A DNA stretch of 63,434 bases, the filler included, from Folioceros fuciformis (Eukaryota), in assembly GCA_049999805.1 (NCBI GenBank). It is 6 parts of 6 records of this genome, joined end to end, with 100 filler letters (N's around TTAATTAATTAA, not from the genome) between each part and the next. Parts side by side here need not be neighbours in the genome. Positions count along the whole stretch, not along the records: positions 1 to 10,318 come from JBNGIO010004561.1; positions 10,419 to 22,594 come from JBNGIO010004563.1; 4 more parts are not named here. The stretch is one strand, 5' to 3'. Shown piece after piece: positions 1 to 13,613 of this stretch. Position 1 is the first letter of the stretch. Each line of letters begins with the position of its first letter. The notes under the pieces were generated by a model. The model worked only from the letters and a program-made list of their open reading frames with translations, did no database searches and had not been told where the DNA came from. The translations under genes and the position numbers were made by a program.

Positions 1-640
1 CTCGACCTCCTCTCAAGCCAGGAGGCGGCGAGTGTGTTCCCGGCTCTGACGCTCATGGGGAGCCGGCACTTCTGCGATTTCTGGCCCCGGTGGTGGAACG
101 AGGGGGAGATGGCCTCCTGAGGAATCGCGGAGGTGCTGTTGTGCGCGGCGGCACACCCTCTCTCCAATTCCTTTGAATGGGTCTTCTTCCTCGCTTGCGC
201 TGGAGATTTGTGGTTCCTTTGCTAGGGTCAAGGCGCGATTGTCTATGCTACCTTTCTTGGAGAAATTTCCAAGACTCCTCTTGGTTTCTGCCCTCCTCCT
301 GGTTGGTCCGTTCTCTGTCGGTGGTGATGGTTGCTGGGAAGTTGCTGCTACCACCTCTAGGTGCTCCCGACCTCGGCCTCTAGATCCTGGCTGCCGACCT
401 TGATCCTAGATCTAAGGGTGGCTAGCTCATAGGCTCTAATACCAAAGATGTTATGGGGTAGCTCTAGATTCCAGCTTTGGGAAAATGGACGTTCTCTTCA
501 TGTTCGGATTCGCTACAAATACATGTGTGTGAGCAGTGCCAGTATACAGGATATCCAGATAACAAAAAATTCTTATACCAGTAGAATCCCAAGAAGTAGG
601 ATAATTAGGCGGGCAGGCACCATGAGTGTTTTGTATGGTT
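1..640 (-). mobile_element. LTR retrotransposon 5' end (LTR end, PBS, start of gag-like ORF)
   Basis: 433-444 is the reverse complement of a tRNA-Met PBS (TGGTATTAGAGC) next to TG at 449. Low-complexity gag-like ORF 13..354 lies downstream on the minus strand. Distal LTR edge approximate. Confidence 0.5.
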
Positions 641-1249
641 CTTGCTACCTATTTTGTGGTAGCTTCGGTTCCTCGGGGGATGAATTGAGTGACCTGCTCG
701 TCTTCATGTTTCATGTTAGGACCATTTTCCGGTGGTTACATAAAGGAATGAAGGATGTGATTTGGCTATCATCGCTAAAGGAGGAGGAATGGACAAGTGG
801 TGCGTGGGGAGCCTATGCATTCGAGGATGGAGAGGAGAAGTCAGACTGGAAACATGACCTTTCCCCTCCCCTCGACCTCAATAGAGCAATGCAAGTTTCA
901 CTCCAAAATGGAAACTGGTCGGCAAAATCCTTTAGGGTGGTCTCCCCCAATGGCATGTTAGACCCCCAAGGGAAGGTTGATGGTGAGATCTGCCCTGGAA
1001 GACTGCGTCTTATCACTATCCTCACAAGAACCTCAAGGGCAAGTCGTTGGCGAACACAAGGAGAGGCACTCGTTGCAAAAGATCCCTCATGCCTTAAACC
1101 ATCATTGTACTGGTTCTGCTTGATAGAAAACTTGGAACTAACCTCAGACTTGATCTTTTCAGGTGGCCATCATGAGAGAAGGAAGATATGAACAACTCCC
1201 GATCTTTCTTCAACTTCCACACTCCCCATGTCTACTGACAGTTAACACG

Positions 1250-1900
1250 GGCTCAAAGACTTGGCGAGAGGAAACTAATGGCCCTTAGGTTGAAGCTGTC
1301 CAGACATCGCTAGGTGCAATCACTCAAGCTCTTGTGGACCTCTAGAGGCATCCCACCTAAGGTTCGGATCATGCTGTGGTGTTTCTTTTAGGCCTGCTTA
1401 CCTAACACAGACAGATGGGATGGGCTTTTGGCTACCACGGGGGAGGAATGTTGCAGATTGTGCTCCTCTGGCACGGCACAAAAAAGCCAACACATTTTTA
1501 ATCACTACAAATTTGCGTTCGCTTTTTGGCGTGTGGTAGAAATATGGTTACAAGGTTTGGTTACTTCGAAGAGAATTGTGGTGGAGGAACAAACCGCCCT
1601 CTTTGGCCTAGAGGGTGCCTCAGGTAATCCCCTACTCCAATTCTAATGGTGGGTGTAGTATGGAGCTCCTGCTTGTACGCCTTGTGGTGGAATTGTACGG
1701 CACTTTTCTATGGTGGCAAGGACCCTTTGTCCACTAGGTCATTGTTGTGGAGCACGTGGGAACACATACTAATTGCTGCAGAAGCTCTAAAGGCTACACA
1801 TCCAAGTAAATTCAAACGCAAGGAGTGGAGAATGGCAAGCTTCTTTAAAGCAAAGTCAACCAATCATTGGTACCACAGCTGCCCATGGAGAGGGTAATGT
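1250..1900 (+). mobile_element. LINE ORF2 3' remnant (zf-RVT-like Cys/His motif), degraded
   Basis: Translation CRLCSSG..QHIFNHYKFAFAFW followed by LYALWWN fits the C-terminal CxxC..H.F..C.FA..FW and LW..RN pattern of plant L1 ORF2. Frameshifts present. Confidence 0.55.
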
Positions 1901-2299
1901 GGAGCTGAAGGGAGGGAACCTCCGCGTTTTAGATGCCTTTGACCTACCTCATCTCTTACCTTTTATAATCCTTTTCAGCCCAAGGTAGGGCATCTTTCAA
2001 TCTGATATTTTTCCAAAAAAGAAAAAGAAAAGAGGAAGAGCAAACTTCTTGATCTCTACTGTCAAGGCCGAAGGAGAGGCTTGCTTTTTCACCACAACAT
2101 GTGTCTCAGAAGTGGAGTTGCCCTCCTTGCAAGGTACTTTGGCCTGCTTCGTACAACACTCATTCTCCTAATGTCCTGGAATCTAGCACCAGTGGCATCT
2201 TCTAGACTTCTTGGGTTTCTTCTGTGATGTAGCTGGCTTGAGCTACCAGCACCTTGAAAGGTATTATGCTTACCTTTGAAGTTAAGCTTTGCACCTTTA

Positions 2300-3033
2300 T
2301 TTTTGTTTGTGGTGTAAAGAGCCTAATGCTTGCCAACATGCTTATTTTGTCCTCTTGTTGCTTCTTCTCAGAGAGGAGCTCCCACTAACTCTACAAATGT
2401 TGTCTGTGGTATTGTGACATTTGCAGCCCTAGCGATCTTAGCAACCTGAAGCTATGAGGCATTGTATGAGGTCACAAAGTGTGACCAAGAATCAGGAATA
2501 GACATTATGAAATACAGGGTAAGCAACTCATCAGTAAGAGTCTCTTGAGAGGCACTCTCTAGTTTAGATTCAAGTGTTCTAAAGTGCCATACATGCCTTT
2601 CGACTATATCCCCCTCTCTCATCCTGCAATTCCGTATATTACAAAGGGCAATCATTTGACTTGTTGTATTGACACATGCATACAGATCTTGTAATCTAGA
2701 CCAAATTTCAACTAATTTTTTGTATCCATAAGTCTGTTACAACATGTCAGAGATTAGTCCACTTCTTATCAAATACATTGCAGCTTCATCTTTTATATAC
2801 CAAGCCTCTTGATTTCTTCTTTTAGCAAAAGGAGGAGTCTCATCAGTGGATTGAGTACCAGGGAGAATTTCTTCTCCTATGGCTATAAGGGTAATAGGGA
2901 GAATTTNNNNNNNNNNATAGGGAGAATTTCTTCTCCTATGGCTATAAGGGTAATAGGGAGAATCTGACCCTCTCTTGTGGCTATCTTCCAAAGTCTCTTG
3001 TTTTGTAGGGCTCCACACATCCGCATGACCCAA
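2300..3033 (-). mobile_element. Ty1/copia gag fragment (UBN2-like), degraded
   Basis: AWYIKDEAAMYLIRSGL...IWSRLQDLYA...MREGDIVERHVWHFRTLESKL...IMSIPDSWSHFVTS, with stops. Confidence 0.7.
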
Positions 3034-4129
3034 ATGTCATAGTCTGTCCCCCCAAACCGATCTTTCTCTTTGAAACCATCAACACCCAGATTAGTGGTGT
3101 TTGCTAATTTTAGAATTTGATAAATTTTGTTCTAACTGTTAGGTAAATGACTATGTGCTGATTTGTGACCTATCTAGACAAGGTGCAAAATCCTAGAGAA
3201 AGTGGGGAAGAATAAGATGCTACTGTTGCATCTGATGTAGGCTGTAAGAGAAGCCCTATCAGGATTTGCAAACATATTTGCTGCAGGTTGGTTTGCAACT
3301 AGGTTTGAAATTCTTTGGTTTGTAGTCTCCCATCTATTAAATGAATAGATAGAACATTAAGGATAGGAGTTTGGAGCATCAAATTTGTGAAACTTATATT
3401 TCTTGTTTGCACGCTTGCAGGTAACACCCTAAGAATAGGATTTGCAAGCAAGGTTGGTTTCAGCAAAGCAAGCAACTTAAAATCCAAATGCTCTATATGT
3501 TATTTTAAATCTTGCCTAATTGAAGCAAGTTTATAATAGATGCTCTGGTAACACTCATCAACATGTTGTTGATGTGTCTCTATCCTAGCATTTAATTGTG
3601 ATACACTTACGTGTGGTGATGTGTGTGTAGTTAGGAAACCCTGAGGTTACCATTTCCAATCAATGGAAGATTGTTAGGATTTCTTGGTCGTGTGGCAAGG
3701 GACATATGGTGTTGTTGAGGGATTATAGCATCAAGAAGATTTTTGTAAGACTCCCTCACTAGTTGAGTTTTTTCAGGCTGATCTTGCATCTAAAGAATCC
3801 ACTCTAGAGTTTGCTGGTATAGTGATTCTACAATTGTTAGCCTGTCTTCTTGTGCTTGCCCTCTACTGGCATTCCTTTGAGGAATCCACTCAGTAGGGCA
3901 TGGCCGCCATCGCTGCCCATCCACGAAATTGGCCATTTATTTGGCCAATGTTGTATTTACTGTTTTTCAAGAATCATTCTATGTTTATATTTTTCTATTC
4001 TATAAAGAAATATTTGCCAATTTTGGCAATTGTTCTAATGTTAGAATGCAAATGCAATATGAGAAAAGGTACACTAGAATGAACTCCTAGAAATGCAAAA
4101 TTTTCAACTATAAAATCAAGAAAACGCAT

Positions 4130-5355
4130 ATGTGTACATGTTAGTCGCTTCAGGGTGTTAAGAGCTCAACTAGCTTCATTGGGTAGTATACTTACAGACA
4201 ATGAGGGTGTTGCTCAATTGTTGTCCAGCCTTCCTCGCTCCTACTAGAGTTTTGTTTCAACCCATAATGTTGCCTTGAGATTCTCTGTAGCTGCTATTGC
4301 ACATGTGCACCTGGTAAGTTTCTTTGAGCTAATTCCACACTGCTGCTGCAGACACTAAGTATTCAACTTTTGTCACCGTGGCTTCATCCAGGCCAGATAA
4401 AAGAATAGCAAAAGCAATTTTATTGCCTTTGTTCCACATAACAATCTCATGAGCAGTTGGTTGGACTGGGGCTGTTGCTGGAATCTTGCGAGGATCAGGT
4501 AGGGTACCATTAACATNNNNNNNNNNNNNNNNNNNNNNNNNNNNNNNNNNNNNNNNNNNNNNNNNNNNNNNNNNNNNNNNNNNNNNNNNNNNNNNNNNNN
4601 NNNNNNNNNNNNNNNNGGCAGCATTCTGGGTTGAAACAAAACTCTGATAGGAGGGAGGAAGGCCGGACAGCAACTGAGCAACTGCCTCATTTTCAGTAAG
4701 TACACTGCCCACAGAAGCTAGTTGAGCTCTTAACACCCTGAAGTGACTTATATATATAGCAACAAAATCGCCTTTCTTCATCCTCAAAGAGTGAAATTCA
4801 TTCCTAGCAGCAACCAGAGTAAGGATATTCTGCACCTGGTAAGTTTCTTTGAGCTAATTCCACACTGCTGCTGTAGACTCTAAGTATTCAACTTCTGTCA
4901 CCGTGGTTTCATCTAGGCCAGATAGAAGAATAGCAAAAGCAATTTTATTGCCTTTGTTCTACATAGCAATCTCATCAACAATTGGTTGGACTGGGGCTGT
5001 TGCTGGAATCTTGTTGAGGATCAGGCAGGGTACCATTAACATACTCCCACACATCCTGCGCATCCAGGTAGGCCTTCATCCGAGCTCGCCAACCCTCATA
5101 TCTAGTTGGTTTTCCATCAAACCGATCCTTCTCTTTGAATTCTCTTCCATAGCCACTAGGAACAACAGCGGGAATAGGAGAAGACATAGATGTGCCAGCC
5201 ATGGCTGCAGCTAATTGAGGTTGTGATGACTGACTTGCCATTGTGACTTGTGAAGGATAGGTAACAAAGCCTACATCCTCAACATAACCTGAAGCTAAGA
5301 CTAGGCAAGCTAAGGACTCGAACAAGGAATCAAGATCTAAGTCATCCTCATCCAT
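4130..5355 (-). mobile_element. Ty1/copia gag fragments, partly duplicated and inverted
   Basis: FDGKPTRYEGWRARMKAYLDAQDVWEYVNG and LRMKKGDFVAIYISHFRVLRAQLASVG..LLSGLPPSYQSFV. 4308-4516 repeats 4833-5043; ~4140-4275 is an inverted copy of ~4617-4750. Confidence 0.8.
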
Positions 5356-6315
5356 CCAACAAGCACAGAGGCAAAAACATCAACCAACAACCAGGTCAGG
5401 TAAGACTTACTCCACTGTTCCATGTTAAGTTGCAGCAGGCAATAACATGAGCCAAAAACAACAACTTCAGTTATCAAAACGACAAGCTAGTCTTAAGAAC
5501 ACAAAACAGTAAACTAACTGTTTGTCACTTTCCATTCAGCTACAGACATTCAAGGCGCCGAAATGACAGCAACCACATGCGCGCTTATCTCAATCTGCCA
5601 CGAATTTCACAACGGAGGCTTGTCGCGATGATGCTTGGGCACGAGCACATGTGATGCAGGATGTGCCTTGCCAAATCCATGCGACGGGTAGGGGCGATCT
5701 CGAATTGCTGATGAAGATTGACCCAAGGTACTAGCTCCACCAAAATCTTCAATCAATCCAGCAATTCTGACCACAAAAGAGTTTAACCGTGACTCTAGCT
5801 TGGTCTTGCTTGAATAGCGCACACCTGAGGAGGAATTCAATGGATTCAAGGCGAGCAATTAGTGTTGATAGCATGGCGTCAGATGTCTTATGTCTGAAAT
5901 TTTTGTGAACAACTTTGCTTGAATGAAATCCAGTATTATGCCGCCTCTCTAAGTCACCAAAGAAATCCTGTCGCACAGGATAGCCACCTGTCTATTGACT
6001 TGATCTGGCCTACTGGGATCACAATGCTGTCTTCACAAAAACTGAGGCAGCAAATCCTCATAAGGCCGCCTACCGCCTCGTGCCATTAAACCAACAATTC
6101 AGAACCATCTATCACAAAAATGGGTTTTCCATTGAATTCCAGTTTCCAACAATAGACTACCAGCAATACATCTAAATAAAGTGTATATGCCTCAGCATAT
6201 ATAGACTAATCTCATAAATGCATGAATATCAACAACCAAGGACTAGAAAAATTATCACCATAACTCAACAGCATTTCAAGGTCCAAGGAATTTTTGTTTA
6301 AAGCTAAAGACCATG

Positions 6316-6400
6316 GCTTTGATACCATGTCAAAGTTGCGGAAGCATGAAATCTAAATAGATAATCAAAGTATTACAAAATTGGTTTTTAAAGGTCTAAG
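6316..6400 (-). mobile_element. Copia PBS (tRNA-Met) and adjoining 5' LTR end
   Basis: GCTTTGATACCA at 6316-6327 (reverse complement TGGTATCAAAGC) directly followed by TGTCA at 6328. Confidence 0.65.
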
Positions 6401-6488
6401 ACTAACCCTGGTTAATCAACCCATCTCTGGTTAAATAACCCATGTTGGGTTAACCCCATTAATACCTAGTGCAGTAGTAGTAACACCA

Positions 6489-7745
6489 TTGGTCAGGTTG
6501 TTAACACCTCCTGCAAGTGTTCAGATAGTCATCTCATCAGTCATTGTCACAATGTCAACTCCAGTAGTAGTGTTAGTAGGGGCTATTTCTCATCCAATCA
6601 TTATCAATCAAGTGAGTGGAGGAGTTGTTGCAATGATGGCTGCTACTTCTCTTCCTAGCTGTCAGCAGTATGTGAATTTTATAGACAAGCGATATGGGGA
6701 GGATGCTGAGTCCTTCATGAGGACATTTGAGCATGTGTCCCTTGCTAACTTGGAGGACACTATAGCTGACCGTTTGAGAATTTTTTCAAGACTGCTAAGA
6801 GGACAAGCTCAGTGCTGGTACAGTAGGACGTATAGAGTGACACCACTAGTGGATTGGAACAATTTGAAGGAAGAGTTCTTGATCAGATTTATGGGTCTTA
6901 GCCATGGACATCACACATATGCTGGGTTGAGAACATTGAATAGAGGGAAGAAGGAGGACCTCCATGACTATATTGAGAGGTTCTATAGTTATGTGGATAG
7001 GATCCTACGGGCAGGTCAGCTGTCCTAGGAGGTCTAAGTACCTTGGGGTACACGAATGCCCAAGCATTAGATTGGTTTGCTGGAGGACTGCATGATAGGA
7101 TGACAACCCATTGCACAAGGGGCGTGACCACCTTGTAAGAGGCTTTGAAGGGTATAGAGGATTTTGAACTATCTAAGTTTAATAGGGAGGAGGAGGCAAA
7201 ACTGAAAGTATGGGTATAATAGGAGGTCAAGCCATCATAGCCCCACATCATTCTCAAGGTCGAGGTCACCCTCTAACTTTGACCCAGATTATGACAGTCT
7301 TATGTCAGATGAATGATGAGGAGTTAAATAGGGCTTATGAGAGGTGAGTGAGGAAGGATTTGGAGAGAGCGCGCAGACACCGTGAGGAGGAAGAGGACCG
7401 TCAAGCTGACAGGGATAGGAGAGGCAAAGGGTCCAATAGGATTAAGAGGGTAAACCAAGTTGGAATTGAAGGCAGTACGTAACCAAGCGCAAGAGGTCAC
7501 CTTCACATGGCAGACAATTTATTTACTACATCTACTAGGGCTCCTTGTCATTTTGTCAATCAAGTGGAAGCATACTTACCAAGAGATTATCGGTATGTTG
7601 ATGACTCTTACCAACTGCAGCTTATTACTGTCCCTCATCCACTGCAATCCATTCGGCCATCCTTCCAACCGCTAGGAGCTCCTAGCATGAGGTATGGACC
7701 TCATCCATTGTCCCTAGGACCTTGGAGACCTGACCCGTCCTAGCA
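6489..7745 (+). mobile_element. Ty3/gypsy gag (Retrotrans_gag) remnant
   Basis: EDAESFMRTFE...LLRGQAQCWY...DWNNLKEEFLIRF...EDLHDYIERF; stops downstream. Confidence 0.75.
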
Positions 7746-7758
7746 TCCACAGGTGGTA

Positions 7759-10318
7759 AGTTAGAATTACATGTAGAAGCGTCTTAAGCAAAGATGCTAT
7801 ATTAACAATGAATTAAGTGTGTTCATAGGTGGGCTTTTATAGGTGGTCTCGTAAGGGGTGTGTCCTTTCGCTAGCCTAGCTAACTACCTACACTAATTGC
7901 TAGGCCTGGCTGACTAACCATATTGGTACAGAACCAACATGGTATGCTATTATTTCTAACTCTCCCTCTTAGACACGTTGCTGTTCTGAGAGCTCCGAAC
8001 TAAGAAAAGGAGATCACTACTAAAAGAAACTGCCACTAAAGGCTACCATCTTTGGCTCAGCTATCACATCTTCTAGTCACACCTACTGACCCTGAGTCTG
8101 TCGTCGACAGCAACTCACGTAGTGGAGCACCAATCATGACCAGAGCAGAAGCAACTCTCCAACTTAAGTTATCTTCATAGATGATGGATCAAACACGAGA
8201 GCCTCACCAAACGAGTGATTTGTCTAGCATCACATAGCAACTACAATCTACAAGTCCAAGCCCTTCTCTATGGAAACAGTGTTTAAACTTGGGCAGAGAC
8301 TTCGTCCGTACATCGGCCGTATTATCATCTGTTGATACATACTGTATCTTCACTAAGCCCCTCTCAACAACATCTCTAACATTGTGATGTTGAATCTCAA
8401 TGTGCTTAGTGCGGGCGTGAACCACTGGGTTAGAAACCAGGGCGATGGCTAACATATTATCGAAGTTAATAAGCGTAGGTCCTACTTGTTGCATACCCAA
8501 GTCTTCGCATAACTTCCTTTCCCACTTTGCCTCCTTTGTGGCTTCTGTGAGTGCTTTGTACTCTGACTCCATGGAAGATAAAGATATAGAGGCTTGTTTC
8601 TTACAAGACCAATTTATAACAGTAGAGCCGGCGAGGAAGCAATAAGCTGATAGACTCTTTCGGGTGTTTGCATCAGAAGCTCAATCTGCATCAACATAGC
8701 AAGTCACTTGTAGACTCCTTTTGCCACTAGGCTTGTAGCAGAGACCATAGTTAGGAGTACCTTTGAGATACCGCATAATTCTTTTAAGTGCTGCCTAGTG
8801 ATCCCTTCCTGGGTTCTCATAGAATTCGGCAACTGCATTAACAGCATTAGATATGTCTGGTCTTGTCCAGTTGCTTAGAAGCATGAGGGTACCAACTGCC
8901 ATACGATAGGGTACACTCTCCATTTCCTTTTTCTCTTTGTCAGACTATGGACAAGAAGATGAGGAGAGCTTAACACCAACAACACCTGGGGTGGTAGCTT
9001 CTCGTGCATACTCCAGGTTGAACCTCTTGAGCATCCCGGCTACATATTGACCTTGATGAAGGTAGATTGCTCCAGTGGACCTGTCTTTGTGTACATGCAT
9101 TCTAAGAATGTATTTAACTTGACCCAGATCTTTCATTTCAAACTCCTTGCTAAGGTCAGCCTTGATTTGGTTAACCAAATCCACATTGTTACCGGGGATA
9201 ACTAAGTCATCCACATATAACGCTATCAAAACAATCGAGCTGTCCTTTTGTAGCACATATAGGTTAGTATCTGCTTCACTTTGCACGAAGCCAATCTTCC
9301 TAAGATAAGAGTCAATTCTCTTGTACCACAGTTGAGGACTTTGTTTGAGCCCATAAATAGAACAAAGGAGTTTACACACCTTATGTGAGAATCTCTTATC
9401 CTCATAATCCTCAGGTTGATCCATGTAGATCTCTTCTTCCAAGTGACAATACAGGAAAGCTGTACAAACGTCCACCTAATAGATGTCCAAGTTAAGTTTA
9501 ACACATAAAGCAAGGAGCATCCTTATTGAAGCTGCTTTGACGGCAGGTGAGTAGACTTGATTGCCTTGATAGTCGACTCCCTCTTTCTGACTATAGCCCT
9601 TGGCCACTAGCCTCACTTTATAACGGATGTGGGGATCAATCTCTTGAAACTTTGTTTTAAGTACCTACTTGCACTTGACAATAGTACTTCTTGGGGGTAG
9701 GTCCACTAACGCCAAGTGTTATTTTTGACTAAAGAGTTATACTCATCGTCAACAGCTAGTTTCCACTTGTTAGCCTAAGGTCTAGCATATGCTTCTTGAA
9801 GTGTTAGAGGATCTCCCTCTGAAACAACTAAACTCATAGCAAAAGAATAAGCGGCTGGATCAAGATCAATATAACCTGCTTGATGGAACTCCAAGTCAAA
9901 TGGTTTCTCTTTCCAGAGGTGTCTTGGTAGTCTCTGACGCGTATGGTACCTACACTCAGGAACAACGACTTCAGGTCTCGGGGGTGATGGAGGCGGTAAA
10001 GGAATATATGGAGCCGCTCCATCATGTATGCCCCCCAAATCCAGAAGCGGCTGTCCTAGTGCATCATCCATGGGCCGATCATCTTCTCCCTCTCGAACAG
10101 GAACCAGAAGCTTTGGAACTGCTTGAGGTAAAGGAGCCATGGTAGGGATAGGAACAGCAACAACAGGAAAAGACGAAGGGCTTAAATCAAAGTGAACAGA
10201 AAGGCCGTCAGTAGAGCGGGGACTATGGTGGATAGAAGCTGCATCATCCTCCTCATCCAGAAGCAGACCAGAAGAGAGAATACTAGCCTCGTCAAAAGTG
10301 ACAGTTCGAGCATAAACA
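7759..10318 (-). mobile_element. Ty1/copia 3' half: integrase tail, RT, RNase H, PPT and 203-bp 3' LTR; degraded
   Basis: DVCTAFL..EEIYMDQP, SIYGLKQSP, LYVDDL (RT); ESEYKAL..HARTKHIEIQHH..ADVRTKSL (RNase H); purine tract AAGAGGGAG before LTR 7759-7961. Many stops. Confidence 0.92.
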
Positions 10319-10418
10319 NNNNNNNNNNNNNNNNNNNNNNNNNNNNNNNNNNNNNNNNNNNNTTAATTAATTAANNNNNNNNNNNNNNNNNNNNNNNNNN
10401 NNNNNNNNNNNNNNNNNN
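10319..10418. other. Artificial scaffold-joining linker (44N-TTAATTAATTAA-44N); also at 22595-22694, 36965-37064, 46441-46540, 55042-55141
   Basis: Identical 100-nt cassette five times; the palindromic 12-mer puts stops in all six frames. Confidence 0.95.
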
Positions 10419-11518
10419 AAATTCTGTTGTTGTTGATTGGACCAGCTGAACATCAAGGATTGTGGTTGGCGATGAGCCGGGAGGGCCACCCAAGGATCCT
10501 ACACAGCCAGGACCGTGTCTCTAAGCTCCTGCCAAGACATAGGCACCGCCCGTAAATCTACTGGGCTATCCCCTCGAATGTCCTCACGGCGTTCAACAAA
10601 GTTGAAGTCGCCAGCCAGCATCCATGGGATCTGCTCATCAAGCTGATCCCCCAGCCTACACCACAGGATACTCCTGTTAATGGTAGCGTTAGGCATAGAA
10701 ATATTGTAGATTCCAATTGGACCTTGAGGAGTTTGCAGCACCAACCACACAAACCTCCCATCCTCATCTTACCCCGAATCCAAGATGTTGTGGGTTTTTT
10801 CTGGGTGGACTGTAATGGACACGCTGCTGCGGTTCGCTAAAACTCATTGAGAAGACCTCTCTCCATCCCTTGAATCCTCTGCTCTAGCTGCTGCCCATTC
10901 TGTTCGACCAGGAAGAAAGATCTTCTTCACTCTCTGGATTTGCTCCAGAGACAGTTTGTGCTCTTACAAGCACACAACGTCCCAAGTGACTTCCTCTTCT
11001 AGCAGATTCTTTAACCTTCTACACTTCGACGCTGTCTTCAACCATCCCCCCAAACCCCTAACATTCCAGGAAATGATCCGCAGGTGAGACCCCCTCTCAT
11101 AGTTCTTCAAAGTGTTGATACCCATTTAGCGGGACTTGCTTGAGAGATTCCGGATAGCAGAGGGCATGGGCATCCTAGCCCCAGACACTGACTTGGACCG
11201 CGCCAGATGATCCTTTGTTTTGAACTCAAGGGGCAATCTTTGAAGCCTTTCAGACTTGCGAACAACGGGAGCAATCCTCCTGTCCTGGCCATCTACAAGC
11301 CCCTCGACATCACCCACTGCCATGTCTGGACTCCATATCCTGTCTTTTGCCCAAGGCACGTCCAAGGACCTCCTCCACTCTAGGATAAATGGCATATTGG
11401 GTCCATAAACTTGTTTTTGCCGAATGTCGGCAAAAAGTTGACCATCCTTCTGGTATATACCACGGAAGAATTCCACCTCCTTTCCCTCCTTCCCTACTAG
11501 AACCCCTCCGGCAGACAA
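10419..11518 (-). mobile_element. LINE (L1-like) ORF1 tail and ORF2 AP-endonuclease, degraded
   Basis: LRIISWNVRGLGG near 11080, VVCL*EHKL, GIYNISMPN, WMLAGDFNFVE; 130-aa ORF immediately upstream. Confidence 0.85.
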
Positions 11519-11569
11519 GAATTCAAATATCCTTTCCTACCCTGTATGCAACTGGTGCAGTGTAATGAT

Positions 11570-12850
11570 AAGGGGTAACTACTCCCCCCCACCTCCTGTC
11601 ATAACTAGAAAAGAATAAAGGTCCTACACCGTTCTCGTAACCATTAGGTTAATCTCAAACTGTCTGCCTTTCCTCCTTGTTGTACCTTCCGCCTTCCTGA
11701 TCTCCTGGGCACTCAGGAAACAAGATACCTCCTGCCCTGGAGGAGGATGCTCATCATGTGCCTCCTAAACCTGCATTGAGGCCTTTTCCAAGGAATTTAA
11801 CGGGGAGGTACTGCTTTGTCGCCGGAGAAGACGGCTTGCACTTCATGCCAGACAGTATCGATATCCTCATCATCCTCAGCACAGGAAGAGGAGAAAAAGT
11901 CCTCCTCGGAAACATACACCGTTATCTGTCATGGTGGGGCTAGCCTATTTTGTGGGGCTGGCACAATCCACCAAGGCTTTTCCGAGACACGCCGNNNNNN
12001 NNNNNNNNNNNNNNNNNNNNNNNNNNNNNNNNNNNNNNNNNNNNNNNNNNNNNNNNNNNNNNNNNNNNNNNNNNNNNNNNNNNNNNNNNNNNNNACCTTT
12101 CTCGTAACTGTTAGTTTAATCTCAAACTGTCTGCCTTTTCTCCTTGTTGTACCTTCCACCTTCCTGATCTCCTGGCCACTCAGCAAGCAAGATACCTCCT
12201 GCCCTGGAGGAGGATGCTCATCCTGTGCCTCCTTAACCCGCATCGGGTCCTTTTCCAAGGAATTTAACGGGGAGGTGCTGCCTTCGTCCCCAGAGAAGAC
12301 GGCTTGCACTTCATGCCAAACTTTATCGGTATCCTCATCGTCCTCAGCACAGGGAGCGGAGAATAAGTCATCCTCGGAAGCGTACACCATCTTATCTCTT
12401 TTGGTGGGGCTAGCCCGTTTTGTGGGGCTGGCATAGTCCACCAAGGTTTTTCCGAGACACGCCGAACGTGTTCCCTCCATCCTATACCCCATTTCCGCTC
12501 CATATTTGTGTTGACCGTGCACTGCCACAGGGTCGTTCCCCACGCCAGCAGAGACCTTCCCACGAAACCTATTGCCACCCTTTGGCACTTCCAGCACCTT
12601 AATCTTTTTGCCTTCCGGGGAGGTGATATCCTAGGCCATGCGTTGAACGACTTTGTTCAACGCCTTCCTTGCTTTAGCCACAACAATATGATCCTGGCGT
12701 TTAAGTCCTGCTGACAAATCCTCCGAAACACGGGTCCTCTTCCCTACTGCCACCTCCATGCTCCTCTGTTTGTCTATTGTCAAGACAGATGTAGCCACCG
12801 TGTTCCAGGCAGTGGAATTTCCAGCCGATACTGTGCCTGATTCCACTGTT
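11570..12850 (-). mobile_element. Non-autonomous LTR-retroelement-like segment with duplicated 3' part
   Basis: Charged gag-like ORFs 12631-12846 and 11929-12597. 11630-11994 is a diverged copy of 12095-12465. G-rich PPT-like tract (GGAGGTGGGGGGGAG) on the minus strand near 11582-11597. Confidence 0.4.
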
Positions 12851-13613
12851 CCAATAGGATTGAGGCCCCCTCCAAGGTCGGGGGACTGATGGCCCGGAGC
12901 AGACAGGTTGTGAAGTGCTGGGTCTCCCCGCGGAGAGACAAGAAACTAAGGCCCATGAAGCATCTTGGAAGGCTCCCTTTCCACTACTTCACCGATTGCT
13001 TGAGAGGGAAGGGCATAGCTTGACCCCTGATTCGAGCCCGTAGTAGCCATCCCATCACAGAACATCTGAGGAGGTGAAACCGGCAGTTCAACAGGACCTC
13101 GGGACCTGCTGTGAGCACATCTACTGAAATCTCCTCCTGATGGACCACAACATTATATAACATTAATATTGATATGCAAGATAGTGATGTTGACTGTGCC
13201 ATAGACACAATCCCTCAGCATGATCCTGACTACATTACAATTTCAAGTCTAAGTGCTGCAGATCATGGGGGGAAAAGTTTAAGGGACTAGTTGGCCCTTA
13301 TCTTATAGCAGCATGCATATAACTCCAACCCCAGAGAGTAGCCCCATATTCTAGCTCCATGAACGAGCTTTGAAACAAGTCTATGTGACTTAAGTTTCGT
13401 TTCAACCAAAGTTTCATATTCACTGGTATATGAGTTTCAACCTGGTTTTGCATCTTCTAGTATTCGTAGTGCACTCCACACCTGTTTTATTTTATATATT
13501 GTTATACCATGATNNNNNNNNNNNNNNNNNNNNNNNNNNNNNNNNNNNNNNNNNNNNNNNNNNNNNNNNNNNNNNNNNNNNNNNNNNNNNNNNNNNNNNN
13601 NNNNNNNNNNNNN

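Noticed and set aside
2860-2962. Exact direct repeats flanking 10-N gaps (also ~25700-25810, 47109-47212, 47928-48035)
   Set aside because: Duplicated sequence on both sides of a short gap is a typical scaffolding overlap artefact.
10363-10374. Recurrent palindrome TTAATTAATTAA (5 copies) as a biological motif
   Set aside because: Always centred in an exact 44N+12+44N cassette: an artificial linker. Adjacency across these points, e.g. between the two PPR genes, is meaningless.
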